A stretch of 64,000 nucleotides of DNA from Cycas panzhihuaensis (lineage: Eukaryota > Plantae > Cycadophyta), in NCBI GenBank assembly GCA_023213395.1, contig CM041465.1, forward strand, positions 78,871,741 through 78,935,740, read 5' to 3'. The notes under the pieces are model-generated. The model saw nothing but the letters and a program-made list of their open reading frames with translations, ran no database searches and was not told the DNA's origin. Shown one piece after another: positions 39,301 through 51,739 of the stretch. Each line of letters starts with the position of its first letter. The stretch's first letter is position 1. A program made the translations under genes and the position numbers.

Positions 39301-42058
39301 GTTTGCAAATAAGAAAAAGTGTTCTTTCGCAAAAAAGGAATTAGAGTATCCGAGCCACATTTTCACAGGCGAAAGAATCAAAATTGATCCAAAAAAGATC
39401 CAAGCAATTGTAAACTAGCCAACTCCGAAGAATGTCACAGGAGTAAGAAGTTTTTTGGGTGCAACAGGATTTTTGAGAAAGTTCATAAAAGGGTATGCAC
39501 ACATAGCATCACCACTAACAAACCTTACCAAAAAGGATGCGTTCAAATGGAATTTAGGAGCAGAAGGAGCATTTCAAGAATTAAAACAAGCAATGATCAC
39601 AGCTCCAATATTGGCCTTATCGGATTTTACTCAACCATTCACATTGGAATGTGATGCTTCAGGATTTGGAATAGGAGCAATTCAGTTACAGGGAGGAAGG
39701 CCGATAGCTTATGAAAGTTGGAAGTTGAATAATAGGGAAAAAACAAAACCAATATATGACAAAGAGATGTTGGCCATTATGCACGCAATACACCAATGGA
39801 GGCAGTATTTACTAGGGAGTAAATTTGTGGTTAGAATTGATCATGACAGCCTGAAGTACTTTCTGAATCAAAAGGCATTATCTAATGAGCAACAAAAATG
39901 GGTCAGTAAGTTGCAGACTTTTGACTTCACCATAGAATACAAAAGGGGAAAGAAAATGTAATAGCAGATGCTCTATCTAGACTACCAGAGGAAGGAAAGA
40001 TTGAAGCCTCATCCAATTCAATGACAATAGCAACTCCAAAATGGACAACAGAGTTGGCAAAGGAATATGAAGACGACAAGATATCACAAGGAATAAGGCA
40101 AAAGATCAGAGAAGGAAATGCAGTGCAGTTTACGAAACAAGGAGAATTAATTCTAAGGAAAGGAAAAATATTTGTTCCAAAGACAAGTAAACTAAAAGAA
40201 ACACTACTTCAAGAAGCTCACTCAACTCCGGTTTCAGGACACTCAGGGATGGATAAGACTTATAGAAGGCTTTGAAGTTCGTTTTACTGGAAAGGGTTGA
40301 AATCTGACGTCCTCCGATTTGTATCAGAATGTGATACATGTCAAAGGAATAAAACTGAATCTGTGAAGACCCCCGGGTTGCTACAACCCCTTCCCATTCC
40401 CCATCAAAAATAGGAAGAAATCTCTATGGATTTTATTACAAGTCTTCCGCGTTCAGAAGGAAGAGACGCAATTTTTGTAGTGGTAGACAGATTAACTAAA
40501 CACGCCCATTTCAGGGAAACTCAGACAGAAGCAAAAACAAGCCAAATAGCAGAATTATATATGAAAGAAATTCACAGACTACATGGATTTCCAAAGGTTA
40601 TAGTCAGCGATAGGGATCCCAAATTCACAAGTCACTTTTGGAAGGAGTTGTTCAAATCATCCGGCACTAGCTTACATATGAGCACAGCATACCACCCACA
40701 GACAGATGGCCAAACAGAAATAGTTAACAAATGTGTGGAGGGATACTTAAGAAACTTCGCATCAGATAAACAGACGCAATGGCATCGATGGCTCCATTTG
40801 GAAGAATGGTGGTATAACACCACATACCATGCAGCAGCAAAAATGTCACCATTTCAAGCACTATATGGGTATGAACCTCCATCACTCTTGAATTGGCTAA
40901 ATACATCTAAAGTGCAGACAGTTCAAGAAAACTTGCAACAGATGCAAGAAACAATTCTAATATTAAAGAATAATTTGGAGATGGCGAAAAATAGGATGAA
41001 GCAATAGGCAGATAGAAAGAGATTTGAACGGAGTTTTGAGATAGGAGAATGGGTATTCTTAAGACTCCAACCCTATAAACAAATGTCGATGAAACAAAAT
41101 AATCGACATAAATTATCACCAAGATTCTTTGGACCGTATCAGATTGAGGAACGCATAGGGGAAGTGGCATATCAGTTAAAATTGACACCATAAAGCAAAA
41201 TCCATAATATCTTCCACGTATCTTGCTTAAAGAAAAAGTTGGGTGAAAAGGAAGCTCCATAAACAAATTTACCAACACTTGATGAAGAAGGAATGATGGT
41301 AGTGGAACCTGAGGGGATATTGAAGACCAGGGACAAGAATTTACGATCCAAGATAATAAAAGAGTATCTCATCAAATGGAAAACATTGGAACTTGAAGAT
41401 GCAACATGGGAATCTGAAGAATGGATGCAGAAAAATGGGCCCTTACCAATGCTTTGAGGGCAAAGCATGTTTTGAAGGGGAGGGAGTTGTAACATTCCAA
41501 AATCTAGTTAAAACTATGCCATGTAGCCATTTAAATTGAAGGCCTCTGAACAAGGATTCCAACGGTTCAGACAAAGGTCAATTCCAACATCTCAATCAAA
41601 AGTTATGGCCATTTAAAGTTAGCTTGCCAGTTTTTGGAGAAGTTCTGGCCGACTTCTATTTGAGCAGTTTTAAGAAGAATATTGCCCAGTCTGGCCGACT
41701 TCTAATTAAAGTATTTTGATCGCTATAAATAGGAAGTTTGGGCCACGTCGGAGGTTCTTTGGTTGCGCATTTTCGGTTCTAGGGCTACAATTAGCTCGCC
41801 CATTTGGGGGCTGCAGTTTGGAGGGTTCCTTGCCTCGAAGAGGGAAGCTCATGTCTTCAAGAAAGACAGGTACTTTGTTGAAATTTTGCTCTATTTTGGT
41901 ATTATTTGACAATAAAGACTATTATTTATTTCTATGGATTCTGTAATTCCTGTTCATTGTTCATTTTTCTTGTTGAATAGCATATAGTTATTGTTTTTGG
42001 GGATTATTACTTGTATTTTTAAGGAAAATTGCTATAAAAGTAGAACTAGATCGCTACA
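36324..42058 (+). mobile_element. Near-complete Ty3/Gypsy chromovirus LTR retrotransposon (element F)
   Basis: LTRs 36324-36904 and 41488-42058; perfect TSD TTGGA at 36319-36323 and 42059-42063; PBS TGGTATCAGAGC at 36907; PPT GAAGGGGAGGGAG before 41488. Confidence 0.96.
36919..41456 (+). pseudogene. Gag-PR-RT-RH-INT-chromodomain polyprotein of element F, with stops and frameshifts
   Basis: CFKCGGKWNKEHQC; LVDSGSTHNFI; [11 protein letters not shown]; VFFEDILIYS; ECDASGFGIGA; IVSDRDPKFTS..QTDGQTE; GPY; EYLIKWKTL..DATWE. Confidence 0.92.
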
Positions 42059-42277
42059 TTGGAGACGAAGCTATCTTATGAATGTATCTTTCGTGACAGT
42101 TTCTTTTGGACAAAAGTCATTGCAAATATTTCACACATGCATTGTTACCACTCAGATTATTGGCAGTGCTCTCATAGGTACGTTACATCAATGTATTCTA
42201 CAATTGACACGAAAGTTTGTTTCACCTACTACTATCCCACTGATTAGTGCATGCAATTCTTATATCTTTTCTACAAT

Positions 42278-42325
42278 GATATATATATATATTTGTGTGT
42301 ATGTGTGTGTATATATATATATATA
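42278..42325. repeat. Compound (TA)n/(TG)n microsatellite
   Basis: Direct reading. Confidence 0.85.
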
Positions 42326-45300
42326 TTCTTTTTGCAATATATATCAATGTTGTTGCTAATGCTTTCTCAGATGTAATTGATGGAGGTAGGAAGAATGAAC
42401 TATCACATGCCTATTGATAATTACATATTCACATGTAGGTTGCAAGTTGCATTTACACATAGGTTGGGTAATTTCATGGCTTGGTGTAGAGGTAGGTGCC
42501 TCGTAAATTATTATTTCATCATGTAATGGTAATAATTGCCACCTCTCAATAATGTAGAGATATTTACTAACACTTGCAATGCTCATTGCTGCGTAGAGAT
42601 ATATACTCTTGTAATGCTCATAGGTACATAGAGATATATATTAATGTAGGATATGCTAGATATGTTTTACTCTTTCTGATGCATATATGTTTGTTGATTA
42701 TTGAAAGATGAGACAACATAATGATGTAGGGTGTCTCCTACTAAGAATGGTCTATGTAAACCTCTTGACAGTCGAGCACCAAGAATACAATAGAAACACA
42801 ATTACCAATCCTATCATAGCATATGCTTAAGCCACCTAATCCATAGTAATTTCAATAGTGGAATTTACACAAAAACAAAGGAGAAGGATGTCCAAAACTT
42901 GGCTTCTATGATGGAGTTCACTGGACTAAAATTGTTATTGTTTTTTTAATCTTATACTTCTTGTTACGTCTAACTGACAACTTGTTGAGATCTAAGCGAA
43001 TAGAAGAATAAGGAATTCAACAGCCTTCTCTAATACCACTTGTAGTGGATTTGGTGTCCACTACCCAAATTAAAAGGTGAGTTTGATAAATATTTCTATA
43101 AGAAATATATTTTTTATTGAATTGAATTAAATGTGATATCTTTACATGAAGTTTAGGGTTGTATTTATACCAATGAGGCATCCCTTATGAGAAATCATGA
43201 CTATTGATAACTAGCTTATTAATATTGATTAATGGATTGCAATCCTTGATACATCTTGATTCCCATAGATTATTACCTCACCTATTCGACTTGTGAACCC
43301 AAATTGATGAAGAGTGAGAGACTATTGTCTGTGGAATCATGTGGTGGTATAATCACTTTGGATACTGACAGACACACGTCCTACTTGTTTAGATATAACC
43401 AAATCTTTCCCTTTAGCTTACACGCACAACACGGCCTTTCCTCTTGGGAGTCTAGCCCCTAGGTGTATTCCACAATTGCAAGCCTTCCTAAGGCCCCTTC
43501 TAGTAGAGACATTCATTGGGAGCCATACAGGAAAGTTAGTAGACATACCTAACTAATGTACCTAAATTCAACAAATTTTATGAAACACATCAATTACATT
43601 TTACCATAAATACCCCAAGTAAGCCTTTGAGGCATTCTAAGGGAGTGTAGGGTCTTCCAGTTATTGGAACTTTGTCCTCTTCCTTTATAGATGCTTTTAT
43701 CATGCCCTAGCATCACTTTGATGCCAGGGTAGATCCAACAATGACTTAGAATTTTAGCTAGGCCCATTTTAATTGTTCATCAAGTTAACACACTTGTGTT
43801 CCCTCCTGACGAAGTTGGTTGCTTTTCTAATTGCATTGAGGAAGTAACAACTATCGATGAGCTTACTTCTCATGATCTCTTTTACAAGCAACTCGAATAC
43901 AACTCCTTGTTGAATCACGAACCTTTTGAGCCTTATGTATATAGCCCACAACCTACCTATCCACACTCAATTCTACTCAAGGTGCCTCATCAGTTCATCA
44001 CTCAAACTAAAGTCATTCCTCAAAATTTCATGCAAGACCTAGCTCAGGGTATTCCTTGGTTTGTTAGCATCCCTCTAAGTGCAAGTCCAATAAGTTTTGC
44101 TAGACCATTACAAATTGATTCTATGACAAACCCACTAATCTTTCCATTGCTTAGAGGGGTGAGACCTAGTCTTTTGTATGGGCATGATGAAAACCTTCGT
44201 CCAATAGGAATTTTAGGTAATCCAATGCACATTACAGATCCACTTTCCATGAAATTTTATGTTGGGGCATCAACTAGGATGTATCCCCCATACAACTTTA
44301 CTCTTGTTAGGCCTCCAACTCATCTTGTAGTTACCCTTCCTACACAATATTATTAGATTGGACTTGCTCTAGCTAGATACTCGATACAAACACCTAGTTG
44401 GAGCACTCAAACTTATGCGAGTAGCTTGATTCCACCATTGAAAAATCAAGCTTAGTCTTATGTCCCACCTTATGCGGCCAACCAGGCTTGGACCCAAAAC
44501 CAAGCTGTGAGAGTAGGCCCTTCTACTCAATCTCCTTTTCAACAACATGGTGTAGCTCCTTTCTTGAGAGCAAAGCTAACTAGACAATTTTTGCATATTA
44601 AGGGGGCTCACAGATACCTCAACCATTTCCTCTAACAAAGTTTGGCTTACAAGGGTATTCCTGGTCCTTAACCAATTAAACAACATGAAAGTTCTTCCTT
44701 AATTATGAGGAATCCATTCACAAACTATAGGAGGAACACATTCCTCATGGAGGTCCGCTTATGCACTTTTCTTCCTAACTTTCACTTGCTTAAACTCCCA
44801 GAGTTTAATGTAGGATCAAGACAAGATCCCACAGGACATGTACAAGCATTCGCTTTAACTTGTGCATATTACTCACCTTACGATGTTGTGCTGATGAGAC
44901 TTTTCATTAAGACATTGTTAGGCAATGTTTTGAAGTGGTTTTATAGATTACTTGATGCTTTGATCTTCTCATTTCAATTCTTTTTTGATAATTCTATCAG
45001 CTACTTTGATGTGGCTCATTCTTTGGAGACAGGGGTAAAACCCCTTTTCTCTATCAAATAGGGAAGTGATGAATCCAGTCATGATTTCATGAAACACTTC
45101 CAAAAGGAGCTCTTGATCAAAACACAAAGACAACCAACCTCATGAGACCATTTCTCTCTTTTTATGCTTCCAGATAGGAGGATGAAGATGAGAAAGACCA
45201 CAACACTTCCTCACCTTTTTACATTGAGATTAGAAAGGAACAAATCAATATCAAAAGGTACATCATGGACACAGGTTCCTCGATTAATTCCATTCCTTTT

Positions 45301-48300
45301 AGAGTCTTAAAAGACTTGGAAATTTCAGCTTTGAGCTAGTTGATTGGGTCTATTAGGGGTACGACAAACCCCAAAAAGTTTCAATGGACAAGGTCACTCT
45401 TCCCCCTTCTCTTGAAGGCAAAAATGGTATTGACTAAGTTAACACTCATGAACCTTGACTTGGAGCATAACACATGTTATGAAGGCATTGGCTTAGCAAA
45501 ATGTTGGTTGTCTACTCCTTCATATTTGGCAAGCTCTAATTCATCCATGATGAATAGCTCAAGGTAATCAAATGTATGGGCAAACCTTTAAAGCAATATG
45601 TGCCCTTGATAGACATCGTGTTTGAAGACGCTGCCCATGAGGAAAATGTCGTTTACTTATCTTTTGATTCAATTGGACTTGAAAAATACTATGACATTGC
45701 ACCTGCCCAATCCATTGAACTAACAAAAGATGACACCTAGTGGGAAGTCAACATGATTTCTACATTCGCCCCCATTCTCAATAAATTTTCTTGGGACATT
45801 GTTCCTTATAAAGTTGTCAATACACTTGTCCACCCCTGTCACACAATAGCATAAAACTCCTTTCCACCAGATGGCTATTCTCAACATTTATCAGGTACAT
45901 CACCTAGCCTTCTAGCAAACCACCAAAGGCTTGGTTTTGCAAAACTTATCTAGCTCAATTGTCTTCCTATTAAGTGGGAATCTAATTAGGCCTATCAACC
46001 CCTTGCCATTTGAGCCTACTCCTCTTCATTTTGAGGAAAGTAATTCCATGCTCATAGGAGAAACCATCGATATAGACCTAGGAATTGGTGGCGAGCCAAG
46101 AATCATCAAGGTTGGAGTAGACTGCTCACCTAATGAGATTTTTGGGCTCAAGGAACTCTTTAAATAGTTCTCATCAAATTTTGAATGGGATTACTATGAT
46201 ATAAAGGGTCTCCACCTTGATGTCAGAGCCCATAAAATTACCACTATCCCCGGAGATAAGCCCAAGTGACAAAAATAAAGGCCTCTTCACCCTTGACTTT
46301 TAGCCATGGTCAAGTCTGAAGTGGAAAAGCTCCTTAATGTTGAGTTCGTTGAATCTATTGACTACCCATAATGGCTGTCAAATATCATTTACATGGTCAA
46401 GAAAATTGAGGCTATCAATTTTTGAGGCATAAACAATGTGTCCCTTAAAGACAAATTTCCATTATCTTTTAATGATTAGATCCTTAACCAAATAGTTGGG
46501 TTCGAAGTCATGTCCCTTATGGATGATTTTTTGGGCTATAATTAGTCTCCATCTCGCATAAAGACCACCATCAAACTACTTTTACTATGCCATGGGAGAC
46601 ATTCATGCCCCTTTGGCTTAATAATGTTGGGGTCACTTATCAAAGAGTGATGTAGTTCATACTAGATGACTTGGTTGCAAAGACAGTGGTTGTTTACCTT
46701 GATGACATGTTGGCACTTTCTTGCTTGATAAAGGACCACATTCATGATCTTTGGGCTATCTTTGAGAGATGTTAGAAATACCAACTATGCCTTAACCCCA
46801 ATAAGTGCGTGTTTGCTATCACCATTGGTAAAATGGTGGGAAACATTGTTTCAAAGGACGGGACCAAAGTAGATTTTGAAAAGCTCAAAGTTATGACTAA
46901 GATGCCCCCTCCTAAAACATGGAAATAGGTTAAATATTTCCAAGGATAATGAGGCGTTTTGCATAGATTCCTTGCAAACTTTGCATTGAATGCCAAGCCT
47001 CTTACAAATATCCTTACGAAAGATGTATCTCTAACATGGACCCTATTAGTCCAACAATCATTTGACAGGCTAAAAGAAGATTTAGTCACCATGCTTACCT
47101 TGGCCCCACCAAGATTCAATATACCATTCATCCTATATACTTCTTCCATGGCAAAACCTATTGGGGGCATGCTTTCCCAAAAGGATGATTTTGGCCATGA
47201 AAAGACCATCTACTTTATGAACCTAACTTTCATTATGATGGAAGCCAACTACTCAATGGTCGAAAAAGAATGCCTTGCTTTACTATTTGCCACAAGAAAG
47301 TTGAGACACTACATGTTGGGCAACAATACATGGGTCATCATCCAAACAAACCCCATCAAACTTCTGTTAACCAACATTGAGCTTACAGGGTGCACTGGAA
47401 AATGGGTCATACTTTTACAAGAGTTTGACTTAGAAATTATGAATTAGAAATCCAAGAAAGGGAGGGTTGTAGTTGAATAACTTGCAAACTCTTCCTTGCC
47501 CAATTAAACCAAGGAGAGTATTGATGATTCTCTCCTAGATGAACATATTTATCATGTTGACATTTCTCAAGATGAACCCAAGTGGCAAAAAGACATCATT
47601 CAATACTTGGAAACCAAAACCTATTATAAAAAGACATCTTCTAAGAAGAAGAGGAGGGTTTGATCCATAGCATGACATTACCTCATCACAGGGAATACCC
47701 TTTATGAATGCTCTTTTGATGGGGTAATGCTTAGGTGCCTCTTCCCATCAACAATTGTAACAATTCTAGAAGAATGCCACAATCATATATGCGAGGGGAA
47801 ATTTGGAGGGCAATCCACTGTCCAGTGAATCTTGTAGATGGGATACTTTTGGCCCACACTTTTCAAAGACTCTCATGCATATGTATGTAAGTGTGAAAAA
47901 TTCCAAGTTCATGCCTCCTTGATTCATCAACCAGCTACCTCCCTAAAAGCAATTGTCTCTCCATTGCCCTTTTCCCAATGGGGTCTTGACTTAATTGGGC
48001 AAGTTTATCCATCTTCTACTAATGGCCAAAAATTCATTTTAATAGCCACTAAATACTTCACAAAGTGGAGTGAAGCAATCCCACTAATCACCACCATAGG
48101 AAACATGATTGCCACTTCTAGCTTCCAGCATATCATCTATAGATTTGGGGTTCTTAATGTAATTATCACTTGATAATGGTACTCCATTTTGCAATAAGGA
48201 TGTGGGCAAATTCTATGAAAATTTTGCCATTTTACATGGGACTTCATCCCCATACTACCCACAGACAAATGACCAAGTTGAAGATTTCAACAAAACCCTA

Positions 48301-48828
48301 GAAAAAATTGTCCACTTCACACAAAGACTAGTGGATCCAATTATATCTAGTATTTTGGGCCTATAGAACATCAATATGAAATGCCACAAGGATGACACCC
48401 TTTTCTTTGGTCTACAACACTAAAGCAATATTGCCATTAAATGTAAAAATACCCTGTACATATCGCTCAAAGAATTCATAGATGAGGAGAAGATTAGGCA
48501 ATTTAGACTAGTTGAGGCTGAAAAAAATGGATGAAACTAGGTTCAGTTCTTACCAACAAAACCTAGATTCAAAAAAGAAAGCTCAAGCCACACACGACAA
48601 AAGCCTACAAGCCAAAAAATTTAGAGTGGGTGAGATAGTACTCAAATTTTGAGTTCTTACATGGTAAGCAAAAAAAATTGCTCCAAAATAGGTAGGACTC
48701 TATCTCATAATTGAAGAATTAAATAATGGAGCATATTGTCTAGTTACATTAGAAGGCTTGGAATTTGAGAAATTCATTAATTCTCAATATGTCTAGAAGC
48801 ACTATGCCTAGTTTTCTAGGGGGAATTT

Positions 48829-49075
48829 GCTCCACAATGAGCCTAAACTATGACACACTCCTCCATGATTTTAAACTGGGCAAAACTCCACTATGAGAAT
48901 AAATTGGACCTATCCCCTAGAATGAGGTTAAACTACTAAGGCTTCAAAATGAGCTTAAATTATGATACCTCCTAAATGAGGTTAAACTAACAATGCTTTG
49001 AAATGAGGGTAAACTACTAAGCTCTACAATAAGTCTAAACTGTTATGGACTCCTCTTTGAGTATAAACTAGAAAG
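48829..49075 (+). repeat. Nine-unit degenerate 26-29 bp tandem array, consensus CTC.....ATGAG..TAAACT
   Basis: The core recurs at about 48837, 48865, 48893, 48922, 48949, 48976, 49003, 49029 and 49057; further copies near 49210-49260, 49550, 56826-56920, 57087 and 57141. Confidence 0.85.
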
Positions 49076-50269
49076 GTGGTTAGGAATCTTTATAGCAACA
49101 GTGTGTCCTATCAAAGCATACTCTACAATCCCCACCTTACTAAATGACCCAATCTTGATCGTCTCTCCAATCTTGTAGGTTAGCAAATTCACCACAAAAG
49201 TGGAACCAAACTCTATGATGAGTATAAACTAACTGAACTCCTATATGAGTATAAACCAGACTGTCAATACTCTTCCATTCAATAGATAGGAATACTCAAC
49301 ACTATAATAGTTTTGGGTATTCACTTTAGAGGATACCTTCATTCTCATTTCAAGGTTGTACATAAACTTCCTTTCTACTCCAAAGTAAAAACAAAAATAA
49401 CTTAAAAAAACAAAAAGTTTAGATCTTTCTTTTATCGTTGGTCTAAGCTTTTCTAAATCATAGGCATTCCTTTGATATATTTGTTGATAGATACAAGGAT
49501 AAGAATATTTTAGTCATTAAAAGCTTACCCAACTTAGATGTACTTGCCTCTACAATGAGGTTAAACTATGTCTTCAAGAGAAGTCATGAAATAAGAATAA
49601 ATTGATAGTGATGTAGTTTGAGGAAAGAGAGAGTTGCTTTGAAAGATAGACCCATACGAGACTTTGGGGTTGTATAGGATCCTGGTTGGGTTATGGAATC
49701 CCAAATGCTTTTCACAGCTAAGGTGGCTAGGTCAAATTTGTCATGCTTTGGAGACCGATTTTCCATTGAATAGGTCTTATTGCTCATTTGATGGGTGGCA
49801 TATCTGTTAAACCTTATGTTTAAATGTTAAGTGAATGTACTTTTATTTAAGCACCACATTTGGTATCAGAGCCTTAAGGTCTCTGTTTAAGCACTGTTAG
49901 CTTTTTTTTCTCTGTCATTTTGTTTTTGAGGAAATCTCTTGACGGTGAGCACTCGGCCAAGTCGAGGCTTCATGCCAACTCATCATCACCTTGACTCGGC
50001 ATTCATTCCAAATTGCCTAGCACATGATCCAATTGTCTAGCAAGCTGCCGGTATCATTAGCCTAGTCGGCGAGCTCCGGTTCAACACATTCAAGGTCGCC
50101 AACTCGGCTCTTCCTCGGTGATCGGCCTGATCCACTTTAATCCGGCAAAGACTTGATCATTGCCAACTAAGCGATCTAGCATTGCTAGTTTTCATTAACC
50201 GCATCGGCATACACTTGTTGTCCAACTCCTACAGCTCGGCTCTTAGGCATCACTGGGCTGCCATCGACA

Positions 50270-50660
50270 GCGCCAACTCGGCACATCGTGATCCAACATT
50301 TTCCGGCAAGTGCCAAATCAGCACACATTTAGGCGCCAAATCAGCACATTCGGTGCCAAATCAGCACACTTTCAAGTGCCAAATCAGCACATAGTTGGCT
50401 GTCCAAATCAGCACACATTCACGCCAACTCGGTATACCGGCACATTCGGTCGCCAACTCAACAATATTCCGGCACATTCGGTCGCCAACTCAACACTATT
50501 CCGGCACATTTAGTGCGCCAACTCAGCGATATACGGCACATTCGGTCGCCAACTCAACAATATTCCGGCACATTCAAGGTCGCCAACTCAAGACTATTCC
50601 GGCACATTCAAGGTCGCGCCAACTCAACAATATTCCGGCACATTCGGTCGCCAACTCAAG
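50270..50660 (+). repeat. CpG-rich tandem repeats in the Copia I 5' UTR
   Basis: About 20-bp GCCAAATCAGCACA units followed by about 32-bp CCGGCACATTCGGTCGCCAACTCAACAATATT units. Confidence 0.88.
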
Positions 50661-51739
50661 ATGGAAATTCAAATATCTTTTTTAGCATATTTTGATCAAT
50701 ATGCTCATGTGAATTCTCTTTTAAAAGATTTTAAGAGATTTTTTTTAAATTTCTTAAGGGGGGAAATTTTAAAAAAGACTTTAAGTCTTTATAGCTGGGC
50801 CTACTTAAAGTTTCTTTTACATTGGCACTCTTGTTTCTCAAAAGTACTTTTGTACTTACTGTTTTAAGCTTTTTTTAGCACACTTTCATGCTATTAAAGC
50901 ATCATTGAACTTAATTATTGTGATCAAGAGGAATATTTTCATGGTAAAGGTGAAGAAATTACCACCTAACTTCAATTTTTGGCACCTTGCATGGTGACCT
51001 TGACCTTCTTGATTCAAAAGGAAGGCTCATTGTGAAAAGTAATAAAATCACTTTTTCTTGTTGGATTGTTGAGACATTTTAAGTCTCAACAACTGTGTGG
51101 AGTTTGTGTTGGACTTTGGAGCAACATCTTGAGTACATTTCATCATTTCATCGATTTTGGAGCTTAAAAGGAACCTCTTTTCTTTGTCATCAAAGGTTCC
51201 TTACATCTGTGTTTTAAGTACTCAAAGTACTTTATCAGTGTACTCAAGCATACATAGCACCTCACTTGGATCTAAAGCACTTGAAATCTGCTTTTGTGCT
51301 CATTCTTTGTAGGCCAGAATAGGCATAAAAATATCCAAGTAAGAAGATTCACTTACACTTGTTTAAAAGTGAATTTAAAATCTGTTGGAGAGGCTCGAAA
51401 AAGGTCCAAACCTTGCCTCTGAATTAACCTTAAGCTTGGTGCATTCCCTAGGGGACCAACCAAATGCAGTCGGTGCACGACAATTAAGGTTGCTTGAGGA
51501 AAGGAGGTTCGAAAAGGGTGTTATTGGGGCTATGAATCCCAGGGAAAGCATGGTACGTCTATGCAGATCAACCCTACCTGCCTTGTCCTAGATTTAACTT
51601 GGTCCTCCACCTCATTAGCCAGTCCTCCACCTCTCTTCACCCCATTGGTTGTTGGATCTTCTTGTAAGATCAGGACTAGTGGTGTTGTTTGAAGGTGGGT
51701 CTTAAGCGACAAAGCTTTTGAAGTCTCCAAGTTATCGCT

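Larger units (their letters stand above)
34864..43253 (-). mobile_element. Small non-autonomous chromovirus-related LTR element (element G; about 2.65 kb without its insert)
   Basis: LTRs 34864-35054 and 43041-43253; degenerate PBS TGGTATTAGAG on minus at 43028-43038; PPT AAAGGGGAGGGG at about 35057-35068; TSD TCTTA/TCTTG. Confidence 0.85.

Noticed and set aside
43796-44356. 186-aa Pro-rich ORF as a host gene
   Set aside because: It lies directly upstream of, and on the same strand as, the gag of element H; most likely a decayed gag N-terminal or accessory region.
48829-49075. CRISPR-like repeat/spacer appearance
   Set aside because: The period is only about 27 bp, the cores are degenerate, there are no cas genes and the context is a plant retrotransposon 3' UTR.
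50182-50695. Overlapping repetitive ORFs (PAHSVANSTIFRHI...)
   Set aside because: Stop-poor translation of the 5' UTR minisatellite in several frames.
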